From Octopus sinensis (lineage: Eukaryota), in contig NC_043001.1 in the NCBI RefSeq assembly GCF_006345805.1, positions 38,192,001 to 38,256,000 on the forward strand: a DNA stretch of 64,000 nt, given 5' to 3'. The notes beneath the pieces were generated by a model, which saw only the letters and a list, made by a program, of their open reading frames with translations, was not told the DNA's origin and did no database searches. Position numbers and translations under genes: made by a program. Position 1 is the first letter of the stretch; the number at the start of each line of letters is the position of its first letter. Positions 63,801 through 64,000 of the stretch are shown piece after piece.

Positions 63801-64000
63801 CTGTCTTTAGACATTGTATTGAGCAGTGTGGTAGTGGTGGTGAATGTTATTGTTCCATTCATGCTTTCTGTTGATACTCAGTCAATCTATTACTATGTGT
63901 GTGGTTTCCGTAATCTGTCTAAGTGTCATGCTTGCTCTATGTGTTGATAATACCTTAACCTCTATGTTGTTAACTGAGCTTCTATGTTCTAATTGAGCAT

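Overview
AT-rich, repeat-dense animal genomic DNA, not prokaryotic. The repeat landscape (RTE LINEs with (CAT)n tails, tRNA-derived SINEs, long TA/CA microsatellites) suggests an octopus-type cephalopod; this is inference, not a database hit. Two spliced genes can be assembled with canonical GT-AG introns and consistent phases. (1) Mitochondrial single-stranded DNA-binding protein SSBP1 on +, six coding exons 5879-23415, 153 aa. (2) An SVOP/SV2-related MFS transporter on -, three coding exons 50209-45044, 529 aa. The rest is mostly transposon-derived: RTE and CR1 LINE pieces, an R4/R2-like RT fragment, hAT and mariner remnants, TA- and TTAA-flanked MITEs, Helitron-like elements, SINEs and several Penelope-like element (PLE) remnants (RT, GIY-YIG, pseudo-LTRs). 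Almost all other ORFs in the track are microsatellite, repeat or antisense artefacts. The most interesting signal is a cluster of hammerhead-ribozyme (HHR) motifs from several unrelated PLE-type families. The best is a fully base-paired minimal type I hammerhead at 58199-58243 with a C4 core variant, inside a 364-bp tandem/inverted retrozyme-like unit. There are also a CUGUUGA variant present twice, a long-stem-II variant and decayed copies. All alignments and pairings were done by eye; repeat boundaries are approximate unless TSDs or TIRs are given.
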